Positions 12,586 to 26,016 are shown, counted from the stretch's first letter. The stretch is 64,000 nucleotides of DNA from Octopus bimaculoides (GCF_001194135.2 NC_068999.1:32640431-32704430), one strand, 5' to 3'. Notes: a model not told the origin generated them from the sequence alone. Numbers and translations are program-made.

Positions 12586-12865
12586 GTTCAGATATGCTTG
12601 GAACATATTTGAACCCATTAGAAAGCCATTCACTGTATTTTGTCATGGAGAAAATTTCTTGTTGTATACAAATGGTGTAAATACGTAAAATAGGTGTTTT
12701 CTGGTGATTTTAGGCATTTTTATACCATTTGTCTATAATGAGAAATTTTCTCCAAGAAAAATGAACAGTGAATGTCTTTCTCACAGATTTGAATATGCAC
12801 CAAATATATTTGGACTGGAATAACCATGTATTAATATACATTCCTGCTTAGCACTACCACCCTGT
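12586..12865. mobile_element. Foldback (palindromic) MITE-like element
   Basis: Left arm ~12586-12690 (ATATGCTTGGAACATATTTGAACC...GGAGAAAATTTC...TATACAAATGGTGTAAA) is the reverse complement of right arm ~12718-12820 (TTTATACCATTTGTCTATA...GAAATTTTCTCC...GATTTGAATATGCACCAAATATAT). Confidence 0.65.
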
Positions 12866-13330
12866 AACTCTTACCAGTTCCCCAACTATTTACAGCATGG
12901 TACAAGTGAGGTTACAACTAATAAGTTAATATTTTGTTATGAAGTAATGTTTTAGTGAAATATAGAGTTGTTGTTAGATAATTGGGTTTTGTCCTCTCTT
13001 ACAACTGTCCACTGGTTGAGCAGTGTCAGGGTGCCAATAAGTGGCAGCAATCTGAATCCTGAAGATTCTCATTGGTACTGCTTTTCAGTTAAGAATGTTG
13101 CTATAGTGACTATAAAAATATACTCTATACAACAAATCATCTTTTAGCCCAGAAATTTAATAATTAATGCCTATGAAAATTTATGTAAATAATATTATCA
13201 TCCAACATTAAAAATCTTAATTAGTAATTAATTTAATGATGAATGGATTAACTAATTATTTGAGTGAATATCTCAATGCCACATCTTCTGCCTTTTATTT
13301 AATGTTGTTTTATTGTTGTTGTTTGTACAG

Positions 13331-13546
13331 AAAACTCTATCCCCAACTGAAGAGGAACTTCCACCTCCCCCACCGGAGTTGGCTGAAAATAACCAAAGTG
13401 GCAACCATCGCACAGCTACGCCACCAGTCAACAATGCCGACCAGTCTGTTGCAGTTCCTGCAAGTAGTCATAATAATGCCATAACAGTTGCCACGGCATC
13501 TATCAACAAATCTCTTGATATTGACGATGTCGATGCCAAAGAGCAT
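13331..13546 (+). CDS. Internal coding exon (216 nt, phase 0-0) of an unidentified host gene; proline-rich, probably disordered segment
   Basis: Acceptor TTGTTGTTTGTACAG|, donor |GTGAGT, open frame KTLSPTEEELPPPPPELAENNQSGNHRTATPPVNNADQSVAVPASSHNNAITVATASINKSLDIDDVDAKEH (72 aa), and a GC/CpG-richer island in AT-rich flanks. Confidence 0.8.
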
Positions 13547-13606
13547 GTGAGTTTTAACAATTTTCTTTTAATTTTTACCTTTTACTAATAATATCTTATA
13601 TTTTCC

Positions 13607-13820
13607 TAAGGCAGTGAGTTGGCAGAATCGTTAGCAAGCCAGGCAAAATGCTTAGCAACATTTCGTCTGTCTTTACATTCTGAGTTCAAGTGCTGCCAAG
13701 GTCGACTTTACCTTTCATCCTTTCGGGGTTGATAAAATAAGTACCAGTTGAATACTTGGGTCGAGGTAATCGACTTACTCCCTCCCTGAAATTGCTGGCC
13801 TTGTGCCAAAATTTGAAATC
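13607..13820 (+). mobile_element. tRNA-derived SINE, family B
   Basis: GGCAGTGAGTTGGCAGAATCGTTAGC head, GAGTTCAAG B-box-like motif, GTCGACTTTACCTTTCATCCTTTCGGGG core and GGCCTTGTGCCAAAATTTGAAA tail. Confidence 0.88.
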
Positions 13821-13862
13821 AATATTTTATATTTTTCTTCCTGGTGTTGTTTCTTTTGTTGT

Positions 13863-14050
13863 TGTAAATACATAAAATAGGTGTTTTCTGTTGATTTTAG
13901 GTGTTTTTATACCATGTCTCGAGTGAGAAATTTTCTCCAAGAAAAATAAACAGTGAATGTCTTCCTCACAGGTTTGAATATGCACCAAGCATATTTGGAC
14001 TGGAATAACCTTGTACTAATATACATTCCTGCTTAGCACTACCACCCTGT
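13863..14050 (+). repeat. Second copy of the right half of the foldback MITE
   Basis: Direct repeat of 12676-12865, roughly 85-90% identical by eye; followed by hairpin ACCACCCT-GTG-AGGGTGGT. Confidence 0.8.
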
Positions 14051-16299
14051 GAGGGTGGTTGAAGTGGGAGTGTTTGAGAATTTCCTTTCACTCATACTTG
14101 GTGAGGGTCATAAATCTGTTGTTTTAGAAAATCTATATCATAAAGGTTGTGTTTATTTAGGACCAAGAACTATTTCATTTCTAAACATTTGACGACTGTC
14201 TCATATTTTGAACTATGCAACTGTTGCTAATAACAATGAACTGTCAAACTAAAATACTTTGACTTAGTAAATGGTCTCTTTCCAAATCACTATGACTTTA
14301 TATTTGCTGACCGACATATATTATAATGAAGGGAAACATTATCTCTTTCCTTTTGTGTCTACTAATGCAGCTGTTAGAGGTCTGCTTCTTCTCACCACCA
14401 AAATCTTTAAGACCAAGAACCACATCCAAGACAATGCTGTCTTATGTCAGTGTCTAAAATGCACCAAGTTAGTTATAGTCTTTACTGAGAAAAGGTGTAA
14501 AAGAAAGTCATTTTCAACAATCTAAAACCTAGAAATTAAGTTATAATTCAAGAAGAGTTTGATTCCAACACACACACACCATTTAAGGTAGTGGGTGAAT
14601 AATATTCATAAGGTCAGCATTTACTTTTTCTTGCTCATTTCTGCTCCCATCAATTAATGCAATTCATGGTCAAATTAAATGCAGTTAAGTTCATTGATAA
14701 ACAAAATCAGTGTTCTGCTATATTTTGAGCTATAAAAGAGAATTGCTTGCATAAAAAAATATGCAATAAAATAGGTTCATTCATAAATGAGTAGCATATA
14801 GATGCAGTATATAAGCAATGTAGTTTCCTTACTTCTTTATTTTTTCTCATCTTGTTTAAATACAAGATCTGAATGAGGGGCATCTTATTTTGTTAATTTT
14901 TTGAAAATTGGTGCAGTAGAAAAACTTATGGGCCAAAAAGTAGTCGAATTTGAATAAGAGTTAGGCCCAAATTTATCTTAAAATCATTGTACTTATTTGA
15001 ATGACAGGAATATAGTTTTATAAAATAAGTTAAAAGTACAAGGGAACAGGGTATCAGTGCACTGATTTCAAATTTTGACTGGTTTTGATCCAGTTCCACC
15101 AAGGTGTTTTTAATAAATAGGTTTTGGAAGACAATGCCATTGCACATGCTAAAAAATTTTCCAATTTTTTGAAAATATGTATATTTACTAAATCATATAT
15201 AAAGAGTAGATTTCTGGTACTAAAAATCAGAATTTCAGGTGCAAAAGGTAGTGGTTTTAGATGTAAATTAAGTGGAAATGGTATCATTTTTCATTGAAAT
15301 TCAATAAAAATGGCAACATCTTTTGAGAGAAAAAATTATTCTTGGACTTATTGCATAAATATGCCAATTTAAACTTTGTACTTATTCGGTACTACATTTC
15401 ACTTGGCATAACAATTAAAGAATAAATCCTATGTTTATTTTTGTACCAAATAGTAAAACTTAATTATTATAAATAATATCATAAATATGTCTGCTTAACA
15501 CCAAATTTAGGTCTCTGAATTGTATTAGGTAAAATTGGTGAAATATATTAAAATTTGATAAATTAATGGAATTAGGCATTAAATATTTATCATCAACCAA
15601 TTTATTATGTGAAAAATGTTTATTTTTATTTAAATGATTTTTAAGTGATTATTTTTATTTGAACATCAATGGAACAAAAAGACCTAATGTGGTTTTCGGT
15701 TTTGGTAGTTTGCCATTTCAAAAAAGTATTTTAACATCACTGCTTACTGTTATTGTCCTACTCGCATTTTTATCACCCTCCGCTTGATCATGTCTGGATG
15801 TAGCAAGCACCACAAAGGACTGGACAAGGAAAATGCCAAGCATCACCAAGCTTTGTGTGTCATAGTTGTGTCAAGCACATCTTGGGTCTGATCTGTGAGG
15901 AGATTTGCAGTGTTTTAAAGCTCCCACTCCTTGTTCTGTATTGTTCCAGATTCAGTTAATGGTAATCACATGCTTCCTGCTTTGATTTGACTGTGTTACT
16001 ATAGGCATGTATCTTCTACTTTAGCCTTGGGATGACTAATTTCTTGTGGGTAGAATTTGGAAGACTGAAACTGCACAGTAATCTGTCAAATCCTCATCAT
16101 CCATCCATTTTTCTATCTAATGTGAACTGGACAGGTTGTCTTGGTCCATATCAGTTCTTATTTGGAGTTACAGCCCTCCTAGATGACCACATCCTACTTT
16201 TATGTTCCAATTTTTGGAATACTTTCTTTTAGTCGGATTCTCTTTCTGAGACTAACCTCCTTACAGAGTGAGTGCTGTTGGTGCATTTGATCATGTCAT

Positions 16300-16960
16300 T
16301 AGAACTGGAGAAGTTGCCTTGTCCCCTACAAGACTAAAGATATCAACAGAAGATAACTTATAGTTTACCACTTACTCCCATGTCTTCCTCAGTTTTCCTT
16401 TTCTTTGGATTCCACCTCCTTAAACTATTGAGCACTTCAAGCAACAGACACCTTCTCTGTATATTTTCTACTAATGACAACACAGTCTTCTCTTGCACAT
16501 GTATTATATTCCACTCTGTATCCAAATTTTCCTCAGCTAATTTGTGCTCCACCACTTATGGACACTGCTATTGCAAATCTTCCATATTCACTGATCACAT
16601 CTTGCTGCCATGTAACACCTGAAAAAGAAGCCCTTTATTGCCAGCAGAGGCGATAGGCCATTGAACTATTTCCACTTTCTTTCTTTCTTTTATTTTTTTT
16701 TTTTACTTTAGCTTACTCTGCTTTTGGACCCCACTCCACCCACACCACAATCACTACTGGTGATTAACTTACCTCAGTAATAAAAGCTATTTTTTGTGAA
16801 CCATCCAGGCATTTAAAAGAATCAATTTCATGTACCTTTATTGCTAATTATACTATACATCTGCTGCAAATGCAGTTTTCCATCACCATCAGCCTACCTG
16901 TGATCCCACTGCACTTCTTCTGCAACCAATTATTTACACTTGGAATTTCTATTTACTTCC
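16300..16960 (-). mobile_element. Degraded RTE LINE fragment
   Basis: Minus strand gives ...RRSAVGSQVG / CSGITGRL-like, CSRC and EIDSFKCL segments resembling RTE KRCSGITGRL...CxRC...EVVDSFRYLG; many stops. Confidence 0.45.
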
Positions 16961-16963
16961 AGT

Positions 16964-17214
16964 TTACATAAATACACATATGTATATAAACACATGCATA
17001 CACACAGCTCTCTCTTCTTCTCTCTCACCCCCTCTCTCTTTCCCTGTCTTCCGATCCCTTCGATGTACAGATATAAGGGAAATTTCTAAATATGTGCCTT
17101 TAGTAAACACATTTAGTCTTGCTGTGGAAAATGTTGTGGTTGAATCTCTTTCTCTCTCTCTCTCTCTGACGGTGTGTCTGCATGTACGTATGTACATATT
17201 TCTATGTGTATATA

Positions 17215-17250
<36 letters not shown>

Positions 17251-17967
17251 TATATATAATATATATATATGTATGTATGTATGTATGTATATATGTACGT
17301 ATATATATGTATATATATGCATATATATGTATGTATATATGTATGCATATGTCTCTGTATATATATATGCATTTACCTGTGTATATATATATGTGTATAT
17401 GTATAGATGTGTGTGTATACATATATATATGTGTGTGTATGTATATATGTATGTATATATATCTATATTTGTATATATATATGTGTGTGTATATGTGCAT
17501 ATGTTTGTGTATATATGTGTATNNNNNNNNNNNNNNNNNNNNNNNNNNNNNNNNNNNNNNNTATATATATATATATATATGTATACATGTGTGTGTATGT
17601 ATACATATGTGTATATATATATGTGTGTATATGTGCATATGTTTGTGTATATATGTGTATATATGTATATATATATATATATGTATACATGTGTGTGTAT
17701 GTGTATACATATGTGTATATATATATGTATATGTGTATGTATATATATATGTATGTATAAATATGTATATATACAAATATATATGCACACATGTATATAT
17801 ACAAATATATACATGCACTCATAGATACACACACATATATATATATATATATATATGTATACGTAAATATACATAGACATATATTTATATGTATATACAT
17901 ACATATATATATGTATATATAGATATATTTATATATGTGTATATATACACACATATATATGTATACA

Positions 17968-18006
<39 letters not shown>
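16964..18006. repeat. About 1-kb compound microsatellite (TA/TG/TATG/CT) with an N-gap
   Basis: Directly visible; source of the longest spurious ORFs. Confidence 0.95.
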
Positions 18007-18008
<2 letters not shown>

Positions 18009-18599
18009 CAGTTTTCTTTAAGTTCCCATCTGCCAAATTCACTTGCAAGGCTTGGGTCGGCTCAAGGCTATAGCAGAAGAAGCTCGCTCAAGGTAACACA
18101 TTGTGGGATTGAACCCAGAACAATGTTGTTGAGAAGCAAATGAAGTCAGATCGGAGCACAAAGTGATTTCATACCTTATTCATTCAACCATTTCATTGCC
18201 TGTGTATTGAAATATAGGGTCAGTATAGTCCAGCTGGAGACAATTTAGACTGGTATTAGTATTGGAACATAGATTTATTGATTGATTAAAGATTACATTT
18301 CTTAAGACACCTACTTACGAACATCTTATTTTCTTTCTCTTTTTCTCTTCTGTTGTCTTATCTCTCATTCTTACCTTCTGTATTTTGTTTATCATCTGTG
18401 TAAGTCTCTCTTTCTCATAGTTCCTGCCTCCCTCTCCCTACTTCTATGCCTTCTGTGTACCGTTAACATCTTGTAGTTAGCAGCTAAGGTGTTCAGTCAT
18501 GTATTGTGGTACAGCTTCAAGCATATAACTTTAGTCGCATTATATACTTGTTACAAAATAGCAGCATCTGTAATCATCATTATCATTGCCATTATTTCT

Positions 18600-19190
18600 A
18601 TCATTTCTTTATCGAGAAGTTTGCTTACCGCCAACTGCCAAGGGAGATAACTCTAGAGCTCTTTTGACATTTATCTCCCTTTACATTAAATTGTTGCAGA
18701 TTGCCATAAGCTTGACCGTGTGTGTTACGACTTTTACCTGTGATTATTTATTGGTGTGATTATTTCTTCCTATATTTTGCACTTGGATATTTTGCAGAAA
18801 TTTTCTTGTTTGTGTAATCCTATCTGAACTTCTTTGAAAATTTAATCTCTCTGTATAATCTAGATTTACGTGTGAATGTGCGTTGTCGTACGAATGTTTC
18901 GTTATATAATATTTTTTAATATTTTCCACATGTCCCCTGATATCCATAGTTTAATGTTTTTATTTTATATCATTATTGAACGCTCTGGCCTATGGTTAAA
19001 TACCAATATACAGACCTGCAACACAACCGCTGTCTGGACAAGCTGCCGAGGGATCACAGTGTACTGTCTGAAACAGATGGGTTTGTCATGGCTAGAATAT
19101 ATTTAATTATAAATGTGCTTGATTAAAGTCGACCTAGGATTAAGGAACACTTACAATTACTGGCGTGTGTGTGATCCTAAACTAGTATAT
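18600..19190. mobile_element. Unclassified CpG-retaining repeat with an 11-bp inverted repeat and a hammerhead-like motif (possibly Penelope-related)
   Basis: AAGGGAGATAA (18640-50) / TTATCTCCCTT (18671-81); CTGCCGA-GG...CT-GAAAC...GTT at 19043-19083; more CpG than the flanks. Confidence 0.3.
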
Positions 19191-19739
19191 TCTAACTAAT
19201 ATCCTGGTTGGTGTGCATATTTCTCACACCGTTGTTGGAAATTGATCAGGATAGTAATGAGCAAAATTCTCTTGTTGCCTGTTCTCCTCGGTACAGCCAG
19301 CAAATTTCCCTTAAATCACACTTTACTGTATTGAGGAAGAACACATCATACAATGTAATTCTAGATTACACTACAGTGTGTGTGTATAAAAGAACTAAAA
19401 TATAATTGATATTGTAGGACTCTTTAACCAGGAGTGACCTGGTATTAAACAGTAACAACTGATCCATACAACACTGTTTCGGTGTATGTCTACTCTAACA
19501 CTCTAATCAGGTTTACAATGCAACAATTGTGATTTATGTCTTCTGTGACAGATTAAGCTTGACTACACAATAATTGTGTTGTGCACCTGTTCTAGCTAAT
19601 TGGCCAAGTCTTAAGAACAAAAATTGTGCATAGTTTCTCTTAGACTATCTCTTTCTATTTCATCAGGCTCACCACCATGCACACAAATGCGAAAGCTCCT
19701 AATCTTGACTGTTTACCTCTCATTGTGCGCTAGATATAG

Positions 19740-19784
<45 letters not shown>

Positions 19785-19809
19785 ATATATATATATATAT
19801 ATATGTATA

Positions 19810-20720
19810 TATGCCAATCTTGGGATACACAAGATAGTGTGTGCCATTCCTAAGAGCAATAATCTTTTGGACACATCCAACCATTGTCCTGTCACGCTCA
19901 CTTCCAGAATCAATTCCAATATGATGAACCTGGTCATTAACAGCAGTTTCTTCTACCACCTTCAATCTCTTTCCCTCTTTAATGAGCACTAGTATGGCTT
20001 TCATAAAGCCAGATCAGCAGTCACCTGCGGACTCTGGAAACGAAAATATGTGGTTTAAACCATTATTTTTTTATGCAATCAACGAAACTTTTTAACAAAC
20101 AAATCTAGCAGAACCGCCCAGGTAGCTACTCCAGCCATCTCTCACCTCTTTAATCAGTGGGTCCCCATCAGAGTACTATCCCACAGTGTATACTGTTGGA
20201 ACATTCTGACCTACACTCTATCGACTTCAGTGTTCTTCAAGGCTTGGTTATGTCCCCTACACTCACTCTTCTATAAAGCAGCAAACTGCTTGCTGATTTT
20301 CAGTATTTACTCCTATGCAAACAATAATACATTTCATTCCTCTCTAATGTTCTGCAATGCAAACTGGACACCTCACACTGGATCTGTATCAACTCTGTGT
20401 GGTTTAATATTGTCTCTCTTAACTACCAAAAGCCACTGTCACTAAATATTTTAAGAAAATATTATTACTTTCAACTACTAAATAGCATGCAACTAGAATT
20501 TTTTCAGTTGCTGCAAGTGCTTGCTCTATTGTCACTAAGGATCCCTTGTGATAATTGCAGCTTCTTACCAGACCAAAAAAAAAAAAAAAAAACATCAAAA
20601 AGCATTACCTTCGTCTTCAATATCAGAAAATAGTTCATCTCGTCAACAATTAATCTGCTACAAAGCTCATGTGAGACCCACAGTAGATTACTTCTCTCGC
20701 GTTTCTGATGAGAATATTGT
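19810..20720 (+). mobile_element. CR1/L2/Jockey-group LINE reverse transcriptase relic
   Basis: DTSNHCPVTLTSRINSNMMNLVIN...*YGFHKARS, SVLQGLVMSPTL, IYSYANN (from YADD) and YKAHVRPTVDY (from YKAQVRPxLEY), in the expected order. Confidence 0.8.
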
Positions 20721-20734
20721 TACATCTCTATCTT

Positions 20735-20946
20735 TTATCTTTTACTCATTGGACTGTGGCCATGCTGGTTCACCACCTTGAAGGGTTTAGGTCAAACAAA
20801 TCAACTCCCGAACTTATTCCTTAAGCCTGGTACTTATTCTGTTGGTCTCTTTTTGTTGACTTAGGAAGTCATTGGGGTCTAAACCAACTAGCACTGGTTA
20901 TTGTCAAGCACTGGAGGGATAGCAAACACTGAAAGACACACATAAT

Positions 20947-21000
<54 letters not shown>

Positions 21001-21443
21001 NNNNNNNNNNNNNNNNNNNNNNNNNNNNNNNNNNNNNNNNNNNNNNNNNNNNNNNNNNNNNNTCTCTCTCTCTCTCTCTCATACACGTGTATACAGCAGG
21101 TTTCCACACAGTTTCCATTTACCAAATTCACTCATAACCCACTGGCCAACCTAGGGCTATTGTAGAAAACAATGTGCTTTTCAGTGGGAGTGAAGCCAAA
21201 GCCATATGGTTGCAAAGTGACCTTCTTAACCACCCAGACTGTACNNNNNNNNNNCTCTCTCTCTCTCTCTCTCTCTCTCATACACGTGTATACAGCAGGT
21301 TTCCACACAGTTTCCATTTACCAAATTCACTCATAACCCACTGGCCAACCTAGGGCTATTGTAGAAAACAATGTGCTGTGCAGTGGGAGTGAGGCCAAAG
21401 CCATATGGTTGCAAAGTGACCTTCTTAACCACCCAGACTGTAC
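20735..21443 (-). mobile_element. SINE family A copy with N-gaps and an assembly-duplicated segment
   Basis: Family A tail at 20735-20900 and head at 21100-21440; 21063-21244 is repeated at 21255-21443 across a 10-N gap. Confidence 0.7.
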
Positions 21444-21624
21444 TCAAAGTATAGTCCTGCAATTGATTGACCTGAAGTCAGTTGTCAGTGTGCTCCAACC
21501 TCCTGCTGAAAAACATACTCTGTCTTCTCTCTCTGATTTTTCTCCTAATACACCAGCAATGGTCTCTGTTCTTCATTGAGGATTAATCTTTGCGATTTCT
21601 ATTCAGGTACTTCCAGCTCGCTCA

Positions 21625-21835
21625 TCTCTCCTCCTCCCTCTTGTCTTTCCTCCTCCTCCCTCTTGTCTTTCCTCCTCCTCCCTCTTGTCTTTCCTCCTCT
21701 TCCCTCTCATCTTTCCTCCTCCACCTCCTCCTCTTCATCTGGTCTCTCCTCCTCCTCCTCCTCTCATCGTCTCACCTCTTCCTCCTCTTTTTCTCATCTC
21801 TCTACCTCCTCTCATCTCTACTCCTCCTCTCATCA
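21625..21835. repeat. CT-rich low-complexity tract with 22-bp tandem units (CTCCTCCTCCCTCTTGTCTTTC, about 3 copies)
   Basis: Directly visible. Confidence 0.85.
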
Positions 21836-23529
21836 CCCATACTGTTTTCCCCACCATGTTAACTCTTCTGTCCAGTCTTTCTTCCTCAAATTTTGAGTCA
21901 GTGTGAAGTGGGGGAGGGTAGTGTCAGTTTGGGTCAACAGATTCAGTGGAGGGGGAGTGTACAGTACATCATAGTGGTTGATCTTTTTCTTTGTTGATTG
22001 GTGGTATTGCAGAGACTGTAACTTAACCACCTCTGCTTTTGTTGGGCTGTTTCCAGAAGCAACTTCTTAGCCCCAAGTACACTTACCACCTCTCCACTCA
22101 TGGATATAGCATGAAGGAAAGACATTTGCATCACCCATGGAGCCACAGGGGATGCCAAATATATGGTCAAATATAACTGTACATATCTAGGGTTCATCCC
22201 TCCAAATTTTTAGTGGTGAGGCGTTACTCCCTTAACCTTTTTATTTTTATTTTTGACGGAGATGACTGTCCACAAGTGCAAGCCCTGCGAATCAGTGGCT
22301 GTTCCAGCATATCTCTCTCGCTATACTCTGGGGCAATGCCTTTTCCATTTTATCTGCTGGGGCCACAGGAATATGTATACTCCACTCCTTAAATACTTAG
22401 ATCCATGCAATAATTTGTTATTTTAATTCTACTATAGTAACAGTTGATAAATTGATATAATTCAATGCAAGTGAAACAGTTGTTGAATGATGGTGAGTGA
22501 CGGTGAGAGAGTGATTGTATATCAAACTGATAGCTTTTTATTACATATTTAACCTGGCTGGTTTCAAAATAATCTACCAAGATTCCAAGAAAAGTTTCTG
22601 TTTTATTGAGAGCCTTTTTATTTTTTTTTATTTTTTTTTTTTTTCTAATTTCCTGTCAAATAACAACCCTTTCTAGCTTTCTTTTGTGAATACTCTGCCT
22701 TTCTATACTACTCTTTGACATCAAACAAAATAATTTGCTTAAATCAATGATATTAAAGTCTGAATAATTGTCTTGGTTTGCATAAAAACGTCACCAACTC
22801 AAGAGGATCATTTTGTAAGGCTCACAATACAATTACAAATGGATGTTTTGACAAACATGATCGTGGCTTTTGTACAGTCAATTAGATGAAGGAACACGTT
22901 TCGGATATTCTCGTCTAATATTCCATTACTAACATATTTTGTTTTTTCTGCTAATTTTCACTGTTGAGAGGCAGGAAATAACAAGTTTAAGGCTGTGGTC
23001 GATGATAAGGGGGATGATTTCTATTCCACCTCTTCTATCCGAATCATCTCCTCAATGAATTTTACTTGAAGAAATTAAAACTTGGAATTAGTATTTGATG
23101 TTCTGAATGAAAACTTCTACTGTGATTAGTTCTGTGATTTTTTTTTTTTTAATAAAAATTTCTATCATGTTCAGGAGTTGTGTTCAATTGAGTTTGATGC
23201 GTTTTTTTTGTTTTTTTGTTTTCTTTTGTCTCTTTATACCTTGAAAACAAAAAGAACGAATTTGCAAAGAATACAAACTGTGTATGGATGTGGGTGTATG
23301 TATGTTTGTGTATACATGTACATGTGCATGTTGGTGTGTGTGTATATGTATATATATATATATATATATGCACACACACACACACACTCACACAAACACT
23401 CTCACAAACACTCATACCACGTGTGGATGTGTCTGTGTGTTGTAATTTTATAAAAATTCTCTTATTTTGAAGGTCTGTTTTGTAAAGTCCAACCATTCCT
23501 GCTGCACTCTCACTGTATTCCACTGCTTC

Positions 23530-23592
23530 TCTACTGCATCCATACTACTTCTTTACTGCATCCATACTACTTTGCTACTGCATCCATACTGC
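23530..23592. repeat. Minisatellite with core TACTGCATCCATACT, 3 copies
   Basis: Directly visible, period about 22 bp. Confidence 0.85.
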
Positions 23593-24510
23593 CTCTCAAT
23601 TGCATTCCTACTGTAATGTTTTTAAAACACATTAACTGCTTTATAATTACAGTCTTTATTCACTGAAAAAAAAATAAATGGTTTCTGTTTTGTTTCATCG
23701 TGGTGGGTATTCAATGTTTCCAACTTTCTACTGCAGTGTGGTGATTGCGATGTGTGTGTAGGGGGGTTAGTGGGGGGCAAGTCTTTGGTGGTTTGTGTTG
23801 TTGTGGGAGGTAATTGTATTAGAGGTGGGAATGGTTGTGATGTTGTGATGATACATGTGTATGTCTGTGGGGTACAGGTTGTGTGATGCATTGGTGGTGC
23901 GGTGGTTGAGGTGTTATCTGTGATGGTGGTGTTACATGTGATGATAGTAATGATGATAATAATGATTGTCCATTCCTTTTGTCATATTTGATGCTTTTAA
24001 AATTGAATCATTTTTTTTAATGATTAGTTGCAGCAAATGTATTTGCTATCATCATCATCGTTTTGGCACCACCATCCACATTATACCTGCAATAACTCTT
24101 CTTCACATCATTGCTTCTGTCACCACCACTACCACTGTTGTTCCCTCCCACTGTAACCATTACTGCCATTGTTGTGGTCATCACCATTTTCATCATCATC
24201 ACTAGCAATGAAGATGTTTCACCAACTAATGGTACACACATACAGTTCTCCAATTGATCCACACACACACACACACACACACATTATAGTTGGTGTATAT
24301 ACACATAACCACTGCTCTATTTTGGTCCATACAAACACACAGTTCTCTATAGCTCGCCCACACGCACACACACACATACAGTTACCTATATACAGTATAC
24401 ACATACACACACACTTGTTTTCTGTTGACATTGTGTTTAGGTTGTGTAGTATGTCTGTGTCCCTGTTAAGAGCCACTTATTAGTACCTACATAACTGTCT
24501 ATATATACTA

Positions 24511-24544
<34 letters not shown>

Positions 24545-25389
24545 CATTTGTTTATACTACTATAAACACCACCAACTGTCTATCATGCACCATCATATAC
24601 ACTCCCATCTCTATAAATTGTTGTATATAGACAGAGATGTATATACTAGTGAGATGTTGATGTCTCTTTAAATTAAAAGAATATTTTTTTTTATAAAATT
24701 TCACCTCAACATTTTAAGAATTGAAAGTATCAGTTTATATATATATAAAGAGACAGAGAGAGAGCTAACAGATGAGATACAGAGATGCTCAATATAGTAA
24801 AAATTAGCAGCACTCAAATGATTTTTTAACTTACTCTGAAATTTTTACTGAGGACTAAGTCTGTGGGATAAAGAGTGAAGTTATTTTACTAATAAATTAA
24901 AACTGCTTGGGTTAAATATACAAAATATACATTCATAAATATGTAAATAGAAATAAAACAACGACTGTATCTCTCCAGCCTGAAGATGGAGGTCAGATCT
25001 ACCTAATGTTTATATGCTTCCACTACTAGTTGTATATTTGTTACAAACTCATCTGCCATCATTACAGAATAATTCTGAATCCCCTGAAACAGCTGTCAGA
25101 CCTGTAACACCATACATTCTCCCTTTAATTTTCTGTGTCTTTGTACTCTGCGGAAATCTACTCTGTTGATATATAAACATCTATATATTTATACATTAAT
25201 GTTCATTGCCTGAATATTTTCAGTCTGTTTTCTCTGTTTACATGTATATATATGGCCAGGATGCCAGCTTGTCCGATGACAAGTAGGCCCCTGCACCATT
25301 AGAATCCATATATGGGGGCCCATGTTAGTATTTAAGGGGCCCATCCCCTCAAGTTTCAGAGGAATGCACATACACTCCATACACACGAT

Positions 25390-25691
25390 CCCACACACAC
25401 TCCTGCTCACAAACACATACACACACACATGCATACACTACACACAAAACACACACACACAACATATACATACACACACACATGTACATACATACATGCA
25501 CACACATACTTCAAACTGCCAGTCAAACACCTTTCTACTGACCATTCCTCTACACACATGTGAAGAAACACACAACCATACAAAAAGACCACCACTCCTG
25601 CTACCAAATTCTTCCTACAACATTAAGCGACACAAAGTTCACATACACATATAAACAACCAACACCACACACACACACACACACAACATAT

Positions 25692-25726
<35 letters not shown>

Positions 25727-26016
25727 NNNNNNNNNNNNNNNNNNNNNNNNNNNNNNNNNNNNNNNNNNNNNNNNNNNNNNNNNNNNNNNNNNNNNNNNNN
25801 NNNNNNNNNNNNNNNNNNNNNNNNNNNNNNNNNNNNNNNNNNNNNNNNNNNNNNNNNNNNNNNNNNNNNNNNNNNNNNNNNNNNNNNNNNNNNNNNNNNN
25901 NNNNNNNNNNNNNNNNNNNNNNNNNNNNNNNNNNNNNNNNNNNNNNNNNNNNNNNNNNNNNNNNNNNNNNNNNNNNNNNNNNNNNNNNNNNNNNNNNNNN
26001 NNNNNNNNNNNNNNNN

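Noticed and set aside
21063-21443. About 185-bp direct repeat
   Set aside because: Near-identical copies abut a 10-N gap, typical of an unmerged contig overlap (assembly artefact).
21576-21906. Ser/Pro/Leu-rich ORFs
   Set aside because: CT-rich low-complexity DNA with no splice signals or family similarity.
22882-22918. Hairpin TTAGATGA...TCGTCTAA with GAAACGTGTT on the minus strand (hammerhead-like)
   Set aside because: The CUGA core is absent (TAGACGA) and stem II is implausible; too degenerate to support.
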